A stretch of 64,000 bases of DNA from an uncultured Trueperaceae bacterium (GTDB lineage Bacteria > Deinococcota > Deinococci > Deinococcales > Trueperaceae). Location of the stretch: assembly GCA_963727505.1 (NCBI GenBank), contig CAVSGP010000009.1:384001-448000 (forward strand). Reading direction: 5' to 3'. A program made the position numbers and the translations under genes. The notes below the pieces were generated by a model. The model did no database searches and was not told the origin of the DNA. It saw only the letters and a program-made list of their open reading frames with translations. Of this stretch, positions 45,909 to 56,018 are shown piece by piece (positions within the stretch are counted from its first letter, which is position 1; the number at the start of each line of letters is the position of its first letter).

Positions 45909-47144
45909 ATGAGCCCGCTCGATTCGCGTGCCCTGCGGCGCGATTTTCCTATTCTGGAGCGCTCCGTGAACGGGCACCCGCTCGTCTACCTGGACAGCGC
46001 CGCTTCCTCGCAGAAGCCGCGCCAGGTGGTCGAGGCGATGGCCGCCTACTACTACGGGCACCACGCCAACGTGCACCGCGGAGCACACACCCTGTCCATG
46101 GAGGCGACCGAGGCCTACGAGGGAGCGCGTGCCCGGCTAGCCGGCTTCTTGAACGCACCCGAGGCGCGCTCCGTGGTCTTCACGCGCAACACCACCGAGG
46201 CGCTGAACCTCGTCGTCTCGAGCTGGGGAGGGGCGAACCTCGCAGAAGGCGACGAGGTCGTGGTCACGGTGGCGGAGCACCACGCCAACCTCGTGCCATG
46301 GCACTTCCTGAAGCGCGAGCGCGGCATCGTGATCCGGCACGTCGGCCTGACGGCGGATCAACGCGTCGACCTGGAGGCGCTGGAGCACGCGATCGGCCCG
46401 CGTACCCGGGTCGTCTCGACCTTCCACATGAGCAACGTCCTGGGCGTCATCAACCCGGTCCGCAGCATCGCAGACATGGCGCACCGGGCGGGCGCGCTGC
46501 TCGTCATCGACGGTGCACAGGGCGCTCCGCACCTGCCCGTCGACGTGCAGGCGCTCGGATGCGATTTCTACGCCCTGTCCGGTCACAAGATGCTGGGGCC
46601 GACCGGCGTCGGAGCGCTATGGGCGCGCGCCGACGTGCTCGACGCCATGCCACCGTTCCTGGGCGGCGGCGAGATGATCCGTCGCGTCACCATCGACGAC
46701 AGCAGCTACGCCGGCATCCCCGCGCGCTTCGAGGCGGGTACACCGCCGGTGGCCGAGGCGGTCGGGCTGGCCGCCGCCGTCGACTACCTGGAGGCGGTGG
46801 GCATGGCGGCGATCGCCGAGCACGACGCCGCGCTCACCCGCTACGCCCTGGAGCGACTGGACGAGGTTGCGGGCGTGACCCTCTTCGGCCCGCGCGGCGA
46901 CGACCGCGGCGGCATCGTCACGTTCAACATCGACGGCGTGCATCCGCACGATGTCGCGACGGCCCTCGACGCGGAGGGGATCGCAATCCGCTCGGGTCAC
47001 CACTGTGCGCAACCGCTCGGCCGCGCGCTGGGGGCTAGCGCCACCGCGCGAGCGAGCTTCTACCTCTACACCACCGAGGACGAGGTGGACCGCTTCGCCG
47101 AGGCCGTGGTCAGGACGCGCGACTTCTTCGCGGCCTACGCGTGA
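45909..47144 (+). CDS. sufS: Cysteine desulfurase SufS
   Basis: VYLDSAASSQKP, ANVHRG, EHHAN, SGHKMLGPTG, RSGHHCAQP; start 45906 or 45909 after TACACT. Confidence 0.95.
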   Translation: MSPLDSRALRRDFPILERSVNGHPLVYLDSAASSQKPRQVVEAMAAYYYGHHANVHRGAHTLSMEATEAYEGARARLAGFLNAPEARSVVFTRNTTEALNLVVSSWGGANLAEGDEVVVTVAEHHANLVPWHFLKRERGIVIRHVGLTADQRVDLEALEHAIGPRTRVVSTFHMSNVLGVINPVRSIADMAHRAGALLVIDGAQGAPHLPVDVQALGCDFYALSGHKMLGPTGVGALWARADVLDAMPPFLGGGEMIRRVTIDDSSYAGIPARFEAGTPPVAEAVGLAAAVDYLEAVGMAAIAEHDAALTRYALERLDEVAGVTLFGPRGDDRGGIVTFNIDGVHPHDVATALDAEGIAIRSGHHCAQPLGRALGASATARASFYLYTTEDEVDRFAEAVVRTRDFFAAYA

Positions 47145-47151
47145 GGGCACC

Positions 47152-47592
47152 GTGAGCTTCCTCGAGAGCCTCTACAAGGACGTCATCCTGGAACACTACA
47201 AGCGCCCCCACAACCGTGGCACGGTGGACGCTCCGAGCCATGTCCACGAGGGCGTGAACCCCTCGTGCGGCGACGAGCTCACTCTCTACATGCGGGTCGA
47301 ACAGGGCGTCATCCGAGCCGTCGGTTTCGAAGGGGAAGGCTGCGCCATCAGTCAGGCCTCGGCGTCCCTCATGACCGACGCGCTCAAGGGGCGCAGTGTC
47401 CAGCAGGCCCTGGAGCTCTCGCGCGCGTTCCGTGACATGATCCGCGGCCGGCCGCCCGCGCCCGAGCTGGGTGAGCTGAGCGCGCTGCAGGGCATCGCCA
47501 AACTGCACGCCCGCGTCAAGTGCGCCACCCTGCCGTGGACGACGCTGGACGCGGCGCTCGGAGCGCCGGAGGGGGACGCCACACCCGACTGA
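47152..47592 (+). CDS. sufU: SufU/NifU-like Fe-S assembly sulfur transfer protein
   Basis: LYKDVILEHYKRPHN, NPSCGD, GCAISQASAS, ARVKCATLPW. Confidence 0.94.
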   Translation: MSFLESLYKDVILEHYKRPHNRGTVDAPSHVHEGVNPSCGDELTLYMRVEQGVIRAVGFEGEGCAISQASASLMTDALKGRSVQQALELSRAFRDMIRGRPPAPELGELSALQGIAKLHARVKCATLPWTTLDAALGAPEGDATPD

Positions 47593-47635
47593 CGCCCGTT
47601 TCGGGCGGTGCGCGTCTCCGTGGAAGGGGTCTGGT

Positions 47636-48178
47636 TCAGTGGGAGCCGGCCGCAGCCTTGGAGCGCTCCCGCTCGTCGGCGTCGACACCGAGGTCGTCCG
47701 CGTCCTCGACCTCGCTGGCCGCAACCGCGCGCGGGTAGGGCTGACTCTCCAGCGAGCGCATGTAAGCCTCCAACATGCCGCGGAACTGTTCGCGGAACAG
47801 CGAGGTCTCGCGCTCCACCCGCGCAAGCTCGGCGTTGGCGGTACGTAGGCGCGTCTCGGCGCCGTGAAGGCGCTCCTCCTTGAGGCGGTCCGCCTCCTGT
47901 AGGACGAGCTGCGCCTCCTTCTTGGCATTCTCCTTGATCTCGTTGCCGATGCGTTCGGCGGCGATGATGGCCCGCTGCAACTCGGCCTCGGCCGCCTGCA
48001 ACTCGGCGATCTGCTCGTCGCGACGATCGAGGCCCTCCCGCAAGGTCTGGACCTCGCGGAGCAGTTCCTCGCGCTCCAGGGCCACCCGTTCGAGGAACTC
48101 GCGCACCTGCCGCCGGTGGTAGCCGCTGGCAGTGCGCTGGAACTCCATGTGCTGGATGTCGAGCGGGCTCAGTCTCAT
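47636..48178 (-). CDS. DivIVA domain protein
   Basis: MRLSPLDIQHMEF...GY...VREFL followed by coiled coil. Confidence 0.9.
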   Translation of the reverse strand: MRLSPLDIQHMEFQRTASGYHRRQVREFLERVALEREELLREVQTLREGLDRRDEQIAELQAAEAELQRAIIAAERIGNEIKENAKKEAQLVLQEADRLKEERLHGAETRLRTANAELARVERETSLFREQFRGMLEAYMRSLESQPYPRAVAASEVEDADDLGVDADERERSKAAAGSH

Positions 48179-48203
48179 GGTCGCACCGTCCCTTGGGGGC
48201 TCG

Positions 48204-48842
48204 TCAGCGGAACAGGGCCGTGCCGACCCGCACCCAGGTGGCGCCCTCTTCCACCGCGACTTCGAAGTCACCGCTCATGCCCATCGAGAGCCCTGTCAAC
48301 CCAAGCGTATCACCCAGCCGCCTGAGATCCCGGAAGACGGGGCGGCTGGCCTCGGGATCGTCGCTGTACGGTGCCATCGTCATCAAGCCCTCGAGGGTGA
48401 CGTGCTGCAGTCCGGCAACATGCCGCACCATGCCGGCGGCGGCCTCGGGCGCCACCCCGTACTTGCCGGGCTCGCGTGCAACGTTGACCTGGAGCAGTGT
48501 CCGGAACGTCGTCTCCTGCCTCGTCCCCTCCACCTCCAGCGCGTCCGCCAGGCGCTCCGAATCGAGCGAGTGGAGGAGCGCCACCGACGCCACGTACTTG
48601 ACCTTGTTGCGCTGCAGGTGGCCGACGAGATGCCACGCCACGTCCGGACCGAGATCCGCAGCTTTGTCGCGCCACTCCTGCACGCGGTTCTCGCCGAGGG
48701 TGCGGTGGCCGTGCGCCAGCACGCGTTGTCGGATCTCGTCGACACCATGGCCCTTCGTGACCGCGACCAGCGTGACCTCCGAAGGGGCGCGGCCCACACG
48801 CGCACAGGCGGCCTCGATGCGCTGCCGGACTTCCGTGATCAC
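48204..48842 (-). CDS. yggS: YggS family PLP homeostasis protein
   Basis: LVAVTK, LGENRVQE, WHLVGHLQRNK, GLMTMAP, LSMGMSGD, VRVGTALF. Confidence 0.94.
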   Translation of the reverse strand: MITEVRQRIEAACARVGRAPSEVTLVAVTKGHGVDEIRQRVLAHGHRTLGENRVQEWRDKAADLGPDVAWHLVGHLQRNKVKYVASVALLHSLDSERLADALEVEGTRQETTFRTLLQVNVAREPGKYGVAPEAAAGMVRHVAGLQHVTLEGLMTMAPYSDDPEASRPVFRDLRRLGDTLGLTGLSMGMSGDFEVAVEEGATWVRVGTALFR

Positions 48843-48846
48843 CGCG

Positions 48847-49671
48847 TCACAGCTCGGGCAGCAAGGCGCCGACGAGTGCCCGGAAGCTCGCGCCACTCTC
48901 GGAGGCGACGCGCAACACCTCGTCGCCGGTGGCATGCTCCTTCCGGTCGGGAAGGGCGATGTCCGTCACCGTCGACAGCCCCAGAACCCGCATTCCCAGT
49001 TGCCGAGCCTGGATCACCTCGTGCACCGTCGACATGCCGATGGCATCGGCACCCCAGCGGCGGTAGGCACGCAACTCGGCGCGAGTGGCGTAGCTGGGTC
49101 CGGCGACGGCGAGGTAGACGCCCTCCCGCAGCAGGACGTCCTGGCTGCGAGCGGCGGCGCGCGCCACGTCGAGGTAACGCGGGTCGTAGCAGTCGAACAT
49201 CACCGGGAAGCGTGGGCCGGCGGCATCGTCGTTCGGTCCGGTCAGCGGGTTCTGACCGGTGGCGTTGATCAGGTCGAGATGGAGCATCAGCTCCCCGGCG
49301 CGGAAGCTCGGCGCCAACCCACCGCAGGCGTTGCTGACCAGGAGCGTGCCGGCGCCGAGCCCGTGCATCACCTTGACCGGGAAGGCGCATTGCGCCGAGC
49401 TGAAGCCTTCGTAGAGGTGGACCCGACCCTGCATGGCGACGACGCGTCTTCCGGACAGCGTGCCGATGATGAAGCGCCCGGCGTGGCCGGGGGCGCTGCT
49501 CACGGGCATCCCGGGGACGTCGCCGTAGGGTAGGACCGCTTCGGCCTCGATCTCGTCGGCCAGCGGGCCCAGCCCGCTCCCAAGCACCAGCGCGATCTCG
49601 GGCGGAGCAGGGGCGTGCCGGCGGATGGCGGTGACGGCGTCGTCCGGGGAGGGTTGAGGAGCTACGTCCAT
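48847..49671 (-). CDS. punA: Purine nucleoside phosphorylase (trimeric PunA type)
   Basis: VLGSGLG, PGHAG, QGRVHLYEG, GPSYAT, GMSTVHE. Confidence 0.92.
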   Translation of the reverse strand: MDVAPQPSPDDAVTAIRRHAPAPPEIALVLGSGLGPLADEIEAEAVLPYGDVPGMPVSSAPGHAGRFIIGTLSGRRVVAMQGRVHLYEGFSSAQCAFPVKVMHGLGAGTLLVSNACGGLAPSFRAGELMLHLDLINATGQNPLTGPNDDAAGPRFPVMFDCYDPRYLDVARAAARSQDVLLREGVYLAVAGPSYATRAELRAYRRWGADAIGMSTVHEVIQARQLGMRVLGLSTVTDIALPDRKEHATGDEVLRVASESGASFRALVGALLPEL

Positions 49672-49780
49672 AGCGTCAATTCTACTGGGGACGAGGCGTG
49701 GCCGAAGGGGCGCCGCCGGGCCGGCGAGGGCGACCGGGACGCTCTAAGTCCTCTCACGCGAACTCGGGTACACTGCACGC

Positions 49781-52435
49781 ATGCCGAAATTCCGCCACCT
49801 GGTGGCTGCCATGCTCGTCGCCGTGGGCGCTCTCGCGTTCGCCCAACAGCAGCCGACCCCCCAGGGACGACTCGCTGACGTCCGTGTCGAGGGCACCACC
49901 AACTACGCCGACATCGTCAAGACCATCATCACGGCGCGCAAGGGCACGCCGGTGGACAGCATCGACCTGGAAGCGGAACGGAGTCGCGTCTACAGCCTGG
50001 GAACGTTCCAGGAGGTCTCGGTCAGCATCCAGTCGAGCCCCGGAGGGCCGGTGCTGCTGATCAAGGTCAAGGAGAACCCCTTGATCGGGGCGATCGCCTT
50101 CCAGGGCAACAGCTCGGTCGACACGCAGACGCTCACCGACGCGCTGAAGTCCAACAACCTGGTCGAGACCGGCAGCGTATACAACACGAGCCGTGCCGAA
50201 CAGGCCAAGCAGACCATCCAGCAGGTCTACCGCCAGAACGGGTTCCCCTTCGACGTCGATGTCAACCTCACCGAGGAAGCCGCCCCGGACCTCGCCACCC
50301 AGGGTGGCGCCGTGCCCGTACGGCTGACCTACACGGTCGACGAGCAGGCGAAGGTCGACAAGGTCGCCTTCCAGGGCAACACGGTGTTCGACGACGCGGC
50401 GCTCAAGGGGCCGTTCGACGCGCTGCTCAAAGCGGGTACCTTCCAGCTCTCCAGCTACCGCTCGGCACTGCAGCAGATCGGGACGATGTACGTCGACAAG
50501 GGCTTCCGCGGAAGCGGTGTCGACAGTCAGAACAGCGAGCTCAAGGATGGCACGCTGACGGTGAACATCCAGGAACTCCGCATCGACTCGATCGACACCA
50601 CCGCGCTGGGGGTCGACCCCTCCAGCCTGAGTCTGCATTCCGGTGACCTGTTCAACTACGACAAGCTGCTGAGCGACGTCAAGAAGCTCGCCAAGGGCCG
50701 CAGCAGCGACATCCAGCTGCAGACCCTGCGTTCCCCGACCGGGGGGGTGCGCGTGGTCTTCAGCCTCGGCGCTCCCGACAGCGCAGGCCCGATCACGGCC
50801 ATCAAGATCGAGGGCAACACCGTGCTCTCCAAGGAGCAGATCGACAAGGTGCTGTCGCTCAAGGTCGGCGACACCTTCACCTCGGCGGTCGCACGGGAGG
50901 ATTTCGGCGCCCTTGTCAAGGCCTACAACGACCAGGGCTACATCATCGCGACCCAGCCGGACTTCAGCTACGACAACGGCACGTACATCCAACGCGTGAC
51001 CGAGATGAAGATCGCCGGCTACAGCATCCAGTACCAGGGCAAGCCCGACAACACCAAGCCCTTCGTCATCACCCGCTACCTACCGAAGGTGGGCAGCGTC
51101 GCCAACGTCCAGCAGATCGACAACGGACTGCGCCAGGTGTACCGTACCGGGTCCATCACCCCGGTCAACCGCTCCTTCCAGCAGGCCGCCAAGCCCGACG
51201 AGCTCACCGTCGTGATCACGGTGAAGCATGCCAGCACCGGCAGCTTCCAGCCCTCGGCTCAATACGCCACCGACACCGGTCTCTCCGCGTCATTGAGCTA
51301 TCAGGAGAAGAACTTCCTGGGCCGCGCACACCACGTCAGCGTCGATGTCAACGGCACCAGCACCGACCTCGGTGTGATGTTCGGCGGGAGCCTGCGCTAC
51401 AACATCCCCTGGCTCTACATCCCCGCCGACAGCTTCGAGACCACGCCCACCTCGTACTCCATCCAGCTGTTCAGCACGATCCGCAACAACCAGCCCCTGA
51501 GCACCTCCGACGGCAGCACCACGGTCACCTACCCGGGTCTGGCGGCTACCGAGACGAACCGCGTGAAGGTCGGCGAGTACACGGTACGCAATACCGGGCT
51601 CGGGGTCAGCGTCACCCGCCAGATCTATCCCCACACCTCCATGAACCTGAGCGGAAGCGCCAGCTACGCCCAGTACAAGCTGGAGCCGCCCAGCGTCGAC
51701 TGCACCGTGCAGAGCGGTACGGTCACCAACAACGGGACCTGCTCGCTGCCGCGCTCCGATGCGCTGCGGTACGTTCCCACCAGCGGCATCTCCACCTTCT
51801 TCTCGGCGGGCGTGGCCTACGACAACCGCGACAACCCCGACTTCCCGACCACCGGCCTCCACGCCTACGGAAACTTCGGGATCGGCATCGGCGGCGACTA
51901 CACCGACCCCAACACCGGCCAGCGTCAGACCTATGCCTACCAGCAGTTGACCGGCGGCGTCCGCACGTACACCAAGCTGTCGACGCTCGACCCGTCGGAG
52001 ATCAAGGACCCCAACCACGTGTTCGCGGTGCGCTTCGACGCCGGCACCCAGATCGGCGACAGCTACCCCAGCTCCAAGCAGTTCCAGGTGGGTCGCACGA
52101 ACCTCACGCGCACCCTCATCCGCGGCTACACGGTGAACGACTTCAACCTCTCGAAGAGCTACCTCACGAGCTCGCTGGAGTACCGCTACAACTTCAACCT
52201 CAACACCGTCGCCACCCAGACGGTGATCGGCGTCGCATTCGTAGATCTCGGCTGGGCGTCCAGCGTTCCCAACTACCCCGATTACCAGACGCCCGTCTTC
52301 GCCGGGGCCGGCGTCGGCGTGCAGATCAACCTCGGCTTCGGGAGCGTGGTGTTGCCGGCCATCCGGATGGACTACGCCTTCAGCCAGCGCCACCCCTCCG
52401 GCGTGTTCGGGTTCCGGGTGGGTCCGGTTTTCTAG
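49781..52435 (+). CDS. bamA: Omp85/BamA family outer-membrane protein assembly factor
   Basis: Signal peptide, repeated POTRA motifs (FQGN, IEGN), EKNFLG, IRGY motif, C-terminal Phe. Confidence 0.88.
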   Translation: MPKFRHLVAAMLVAVGALAFAQQQPTPQGRLADVRVEGTTNYADIVKTIITARKGTPVDSIDLEAERSRVYSLGTFQEVSVSIQSSPGGPVLLIKVKENPLIGAIAFQGNSSVDTQTLTDALKSNNLVETGSVYNTSRAEQAKQTIQQVYRQNGFPFDVDVNLTEEAAPDLATQGGAVPVRLTYTVDEQAKVDKVAFQGNTVFDDAALKGPFDALLKAGTFQLSSYRSALQQIGTMYVDKGFRGSGVDSQNSELKDGTLTVNIQELRIDSIDTTALGVDPSSLSLHSGDLFNYDKLLSDVKKLAKGRSSDIQLQTLRSPTGGVRVVFSLGAPDSAGPITAIKIEGNTVLSKEQIDKVLSLKVGDTFTSAVAREDFGALVKAYNDQGYIIATQPDFSYDNGTYIQRVTEMKIAGYSIQYQGKPDNTKPFVITRYLPKVGSVANVQQIDNGLRQVYRTGSITPVNRSFQQAAKPDELTVVITVKHASTGSFQPSAQYATDTGLSASLSYQEKNFLGRAHHVSVDVNGTSTDLGVMFGGSLRYNIPWLYIPADSFETTPTSYSIQLFSTIRNNQPLSTSDGSTTVTYPGLAATETNRVKVGEYTVRNTGLGVSVTRQIYPHTSMNLSGSASYAQYKLEPPSVDCTVQSGTVTNNGTCSLPRSDALRYVPTSGISTFFSAGVAYDNRDNPDFPTTGLHAYGNFGIGIGGDYTDPNTGQRQTYAYQQLTGGVRTYTKLSTLDPSEIKDPNHVFAVRFDAGTQIGDSYPSSKQFQVGRTNLTRTLIRGYTVNDFNLSKSYLTSSLEYRYNFNLNTVATQTVIGVAFVDLGWASSVPNYPDYQTPVFAGAGVGVQINLGFGSVVLPAIRMDYAFSQRHPSGVFGFRVGPVF

Positions 52436-52457
52436 TGCTTTCCGGACGTCGCCGGCA

Positions 52458-53066
52458 TCACTCGCCGGCGACGTCGCGCAGCACGTCCAGACTGCTGAGT
52501 CGGATCTTGCCGTACCCGGCGTCGATCGCCCCGAGGCGAACGAGCTCGCCCACGACCTTGGTGACGGTCTCGCGGACGGAGCCCACGGCGGCCGCCAGGT
52601 CGTCGTGGGTGATGTGCACGACGGGGTCGCCGCCTTCGTCCACGGTCGCCAGGTCGCTGGTGCCGAGCTCGAGGAGCTCGGCCGCGATGCGCGAGCGCAA
52701 GCGCTTACCGGCCAGGCGGTTGAGCGCCCCGTAGAGTCCCTCGACCACGTGAACGAGGTGCGCAAGGAGCTGGTGGCGCTCCTCGCGGCTCAACGAGCCG
52801 GCGTCCAGGACCACCACCTCGGTGGCGGTGACGGCCTCCGCGAAGTAGCGGCGCCCTTCACCGGTGAGGGCCTCCTCACCGAAGAAGCCGCCCGGCTTGA
52901 CGTAGCGCAGGGTCAGTCCGTTGCCCTCGTCGTCGACGGTATGCACCCGGACCAGCCCGCTCCGGACCCGGAAGACGTACTCCGGCCCCCCGGGGAAGAG
53001 GACGACCTCCCCAGCCTGGTAGCCGCGCACATCCACGACTTCCGCGCCCCCCAGCGATGGGCTCAT
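52458..53066 (-). CDS. Crp/Fnr family regulator (Thermus SdrP / Deinococcus DdrI-like)
   Basis: DDEGNGLTLRYVKPGGFFGEEAL, THDDLAAAVGSVRETVTKV, GYGKI. Confidence 0.9.
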   Translation of the reverse strand: MSPSLGGAEVVDVRGYQAGEVVLFPGGPEYVFRVRSGLVRVHTVDDEGNGLTLRYVKPGGFFGEEALTGEGRRYFAEAVTATEVVVLDAGSLSREERHQLLAHLVHVVEGLYGALNRLAGKRLRSRIAAELLELGTSDLATVDEGGDPVVHITHDDLAAAVGSVRETVTKVVGELVRLGAIDAGYGKIRLSSLDVLRDVAGE

Positions 53067-53287
53067 GGCGTGCTCCCTTCTCGCGGCCGCTCGCGGCACC
53101 CTGGTGGACCTTTTTGAGACCCAAGCACAAATCGAGGATACCGCCGCGCCTTCTCTGGCGAAAACGGCCACGTTACGTACTGAGGCTGGGTGGCATCGGC
53201 CCGGCAGGCTTCGCCGAACGCGCCGATCGCCTGCTGCGAGCGCTGGAGGCGGGCCGCCGGCCCATGTTCCGACGTTGAGGCCGGCCC

Positions 53288-54373
53288 TCAGACGTTGAAG
53301 AGGAAGTGCATGACGTCGCCGTCCTCGACGACGTAGTCCTTGCCCTCCGTACGGAGCCAGCCGCGACTGCGCGCCGCGGCGATCGACCCCGCCTCCACCA
53401 GCTTGTCCCAGGCGATGACCTCAGCGCGGATGAAGCCGTGCTGGAAGTCCGTATGGATCACGCCGGCGGCCTCCGGAGCACGGGCGCCGCCCCGCACCGT
53501 CCAAGCCCGGACCTCCTTCTCGCCTGCCGTCAGGAAGGTGATCAGGCCCAGCGTGCGGTAGCCGACCTCGACCAGGCGGTCGAGACCCGGCTCGCTCAGC
53601 CCCATGTCGTTGAGGAACGCGTGCGCCTCTTCGTCGCCCAGCTCGGTGAGCTCCTCCTCGATCCGCGCGGAGATCACCACCACGTCCGAGCCCTCTTCGG
53701 CGGCCAGGGCCCGCACCTCCTCGACGTAGGCGTTGCCGTCCGGCAGCGCGTCCTCCGACACGTTGCAGACGTAGATCATGGGCTTGGCCGTGAGCAGGTT
53801 GAAGTCGGGGGGAAGCTCGTGGCCCCCGGAGCGCGCCGGGACTCCCTGTTCGAGTTTCGCCAGCACCGCCTCGGCCTCGGTCAGCACGGCCGCATCTTCG
53901 GCGTTGCCCTTGGCACTGCGGCGCAGCTTCTCGATGCGCTTCTCCAGCGTGGCGATGTCGGCGAGGGCGAGCTCCGTGCGGATCGTCTCGATGTCGGAGG
54001 TCGGCGCCACCTCGCCCGCCACGTGGACCACGTTGGGGTCGTCGAAGCAACGCACCACGTGCGCGATGGCGGCGACCTCGCGGATGTTCGCCAGGAACTG
54101 GTTGCCCAGCCCTTCACCGCGGCTGGCCCCCTTCACGAGGCCGGCGATGTCGACGAACTCCACGCTCGTGGGGACGAGCGGGGGTACGCGCTCGCCCTTG
54201 ACGTAGAGCGCCTGGAGTGCGTCCAGACGTGCGTCCGGCACCGCCACCACGCCGACGTTCTTGTCGATGGTGGCGAAGGGGTAGTTGGCGGCTTCCACGC
54301 CCGCCTTGGTGATGGCGTTGAACAGCGTGCTCTTGCCGACGTTCGGCAGACCTACGATTCCGATGCCAAGCAT
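53288..54373 (-). CDS. ychF: Redox-regulated ATPase YchF
   Basis: GIVGLPNVGKST, ANYPFATI, DIAGLVKGASRGEGLGNQFL, EGKDYVVEDGD. Confidence 0.97.
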   Translation of the reverse strand: MLGIGIVGLPNVGKSTLFNAITKAGVEAANYPFATIDKNVGVVAVPDARLDALQALYVKGERVPPLVPTSVEFVDIAGLVKGASRGEGLGNQFLANIREVAAIAHVVRCFDDPNVVHVAGEVAPTSDIETIRTELALADIATLEKRIEKLRRSAKGNAEDAAVLTEAEAVLAKLEQGVPARSGGHELPPDFNLLTAKPMIYVCNVSEDALPDGNAYVEEVRALAAEEGSDVVVISARIEEELTELGDEEAHAFLNDMGLSEPGLDRLVEVGYRTLGLITFLTAGEKEVRAWTVRGGARAPEAAGVIHTDFQHGFIRAEVIAWDKLVEAGSIAAARSRGWLRTEGKDYVVEDGDVMHFLFNV

Positions 54374-54607
54374 GACCTCTCCCGTGCGGCGGCGCGCCGA
54401 GTTGGCGGGTTTCCGGTGCGACCGGCCAAAGCCGCAGTATAGCGCGCGGCCGAAGCGGGATGCTCGGGACCGCGAGCGGTGCACGGACGGCGCGGGCGCC
54501 CCGCGCGGTGTACGGAGGGTGCGGGTGCCAGAGGCCCTCCGAAGGACGCTGAACACCGTACCAGACGTGGGTTCGGCGCGCGCGGCAGGCGTGGTAGGAT
54601 CGCCGCC

Positions 54608-54673
54608 ATGACGCTGCAGCACGCATCCATGGCGCTCCGCCAGCCGGGTTGGGCGACCGGCCTACCGGTATGA
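54608..54673 (+). CDS. Candidate leaderless leader peptide (21 aa) upstream of thrC
   Basis: Extended -10 TGgTAGGAT (54595-54600), 7 nt, ATG; MTLQHASMALRQPGWATGLPV*; stop overlaps the thrC ATG (ATGA). Confidence 0.4.
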   Translation: MTLQHASMALRQPGWATGLPV

Positions 54674-55980
54674 ACGAGGTGCGATACCACAGCACCCGAG
54701 CGGCCGAGGCAACGCCCGGCATCGCGTTCGAGGAGGCCCTGCTGCGCGGCCTGGCACCGGACGGCGGCCTCTATCTGCCCCGACCGCTTGTGCAGCTTCC
54801 GCAGGACTGGCGCGAAGCGAGCTCGCCGGCCGACCTGGCGGCCCGCATCCTCCCTCCCTACCTGGGTGCGTCTCGGACGGACGTCGAGCCCCGGCTCCAG
54901 GCGGCGCTGGACTTCCCGATGCCGATCCAACCGCTGTCCCGGGAGCGCTACGTGCTGGAGCTGTTCCACGGCCCCACGCTGGCGTTCAAGGACGTCGGAG
55001 CGCGGTCGATGGCGCAGCTCATGGCCGATGCCGCCGCCCGTCGGGGCCAGCGCGCGACCGTGCTGGTCGCGACCTCGGGCGACACCGGCAGCGCTGTCGC
55101 CGACGCGTTCAAGGGCTTCGACGCGGTGCGCGTGGTGCTCCTCTACCCGGAGGGGAGGATCAGCGAGATGCAGGAACGGCAGCTCGCGGCCGCTCGCCCC
55201 GGTGTGCAGGCCTACCGGGTCCGGGGCTCGTTCGACGATTGCCAGCGCCTGGTCAAGGGTGCGTTCGCGGATCCCGCACTGTCCGGCCTGGGGCTGACCA
55301 GCGCCAATTCCATCAACGTCGGCCGGCTGCTGCCGCAGACGCTGTACTACCTTTGGGGGGCGTTGCAGGTCGAGCGGCTGCGCGGCCGCCGTGAAGCGCT
55401 CGACGTATGTGTCCCCAGCGGCAACCTCGGCAACGTCACGGCGGGCGTTCTTGCCGCCGGTATGGGCTGGGGCGTGGGGCGCTTCCTGGTGGCGCACAAC
55501 ATCAACGATTTCTTCCCCGACTTCCTGCGCTCCCGCGCCGAGGCGTACGCCTTCCGTCCGACGCGGGCGACGCTCTCCAACGCCATGGACGTGGGGGCGC
55601 CGTCGAACTTCGAGCGCTTGTTGACGCTGGCGGGCGACGATCTGCCGCGGATGATGTGGGGCACGAGCGTGGATGACGCCACGACGCTCGCGCGCATGCG
55701 ACAGAGCGACCGGGAGGACGGCTACCTGCCCTGCCCGCACACGGCCGTGGGTCTGGAGGCCGTGGAACGCTATCGCCGGGAGGCCGGCGACGTGCGGCCG
55801 GTGATGATCCTCGCCACCGCGCACCCGGCCAAGTTCCCGGATGCGGTGCGCCGCGCGACCGGCCGCGAAGCGCCGCGAAGCGAGGTACTCGAAGGCCTCG
55901 CGTCGGCGCCGCGCAATGCCCTCCCCCTGGCACCCGAGCCGGACGCCCTGCGTGAGGCGCTCCTGGCCCTGGACGCTTGA
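54670..55980 (+). CDS. thrC: Threonine synthase
   Basis: RYHSTR, GLAPDGGLY, ELFHGPTLAFKD, ATSGDTG, SANSINVGRL, PSGNLGN, ATAHPAKF. Confidence 0.96.
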   Translation: MNEVRYHSTRAAEATPGIAFEEALLRGLAPDGGLYLPRPLVQLPQDWREASSPADLAARILPPYLGASRTDVEPRLQAALDFPMPIQPLSRERYVLELFHGPTLAFKDVGARSMAQLMADAAARRGQRATVLVATSGDTGSAVADAFKGFDAVRVVLLYPEGRISEMQERQLAAARPGVQAYRVRGSFDDCQRLVKGAFADPALSGLGLTSANSINVGRLLPQTLYYLWGALQVERLRGRREALDVCVPSGNLGNVTAGVLAAGMGWGVGRFLVAHNINDFFPDFLRSRAEAYAFRPTRATLSNAMDVGAPSNFERLLTLAGDDLPRMMWGTSVDDATTLARMRQSDREDGYLPCPHTAVGLEAVERYRREAGDVRPVMILATAHPAKFPDAVRRATGREAPRSEVLEGLASAPRNALPLAPEPDALREALLALDA

Positions 55981-56018
55981 GGGTCTGGCCCGCGACGGGT
56001 GGTTGCGGGGTCAGCGCC

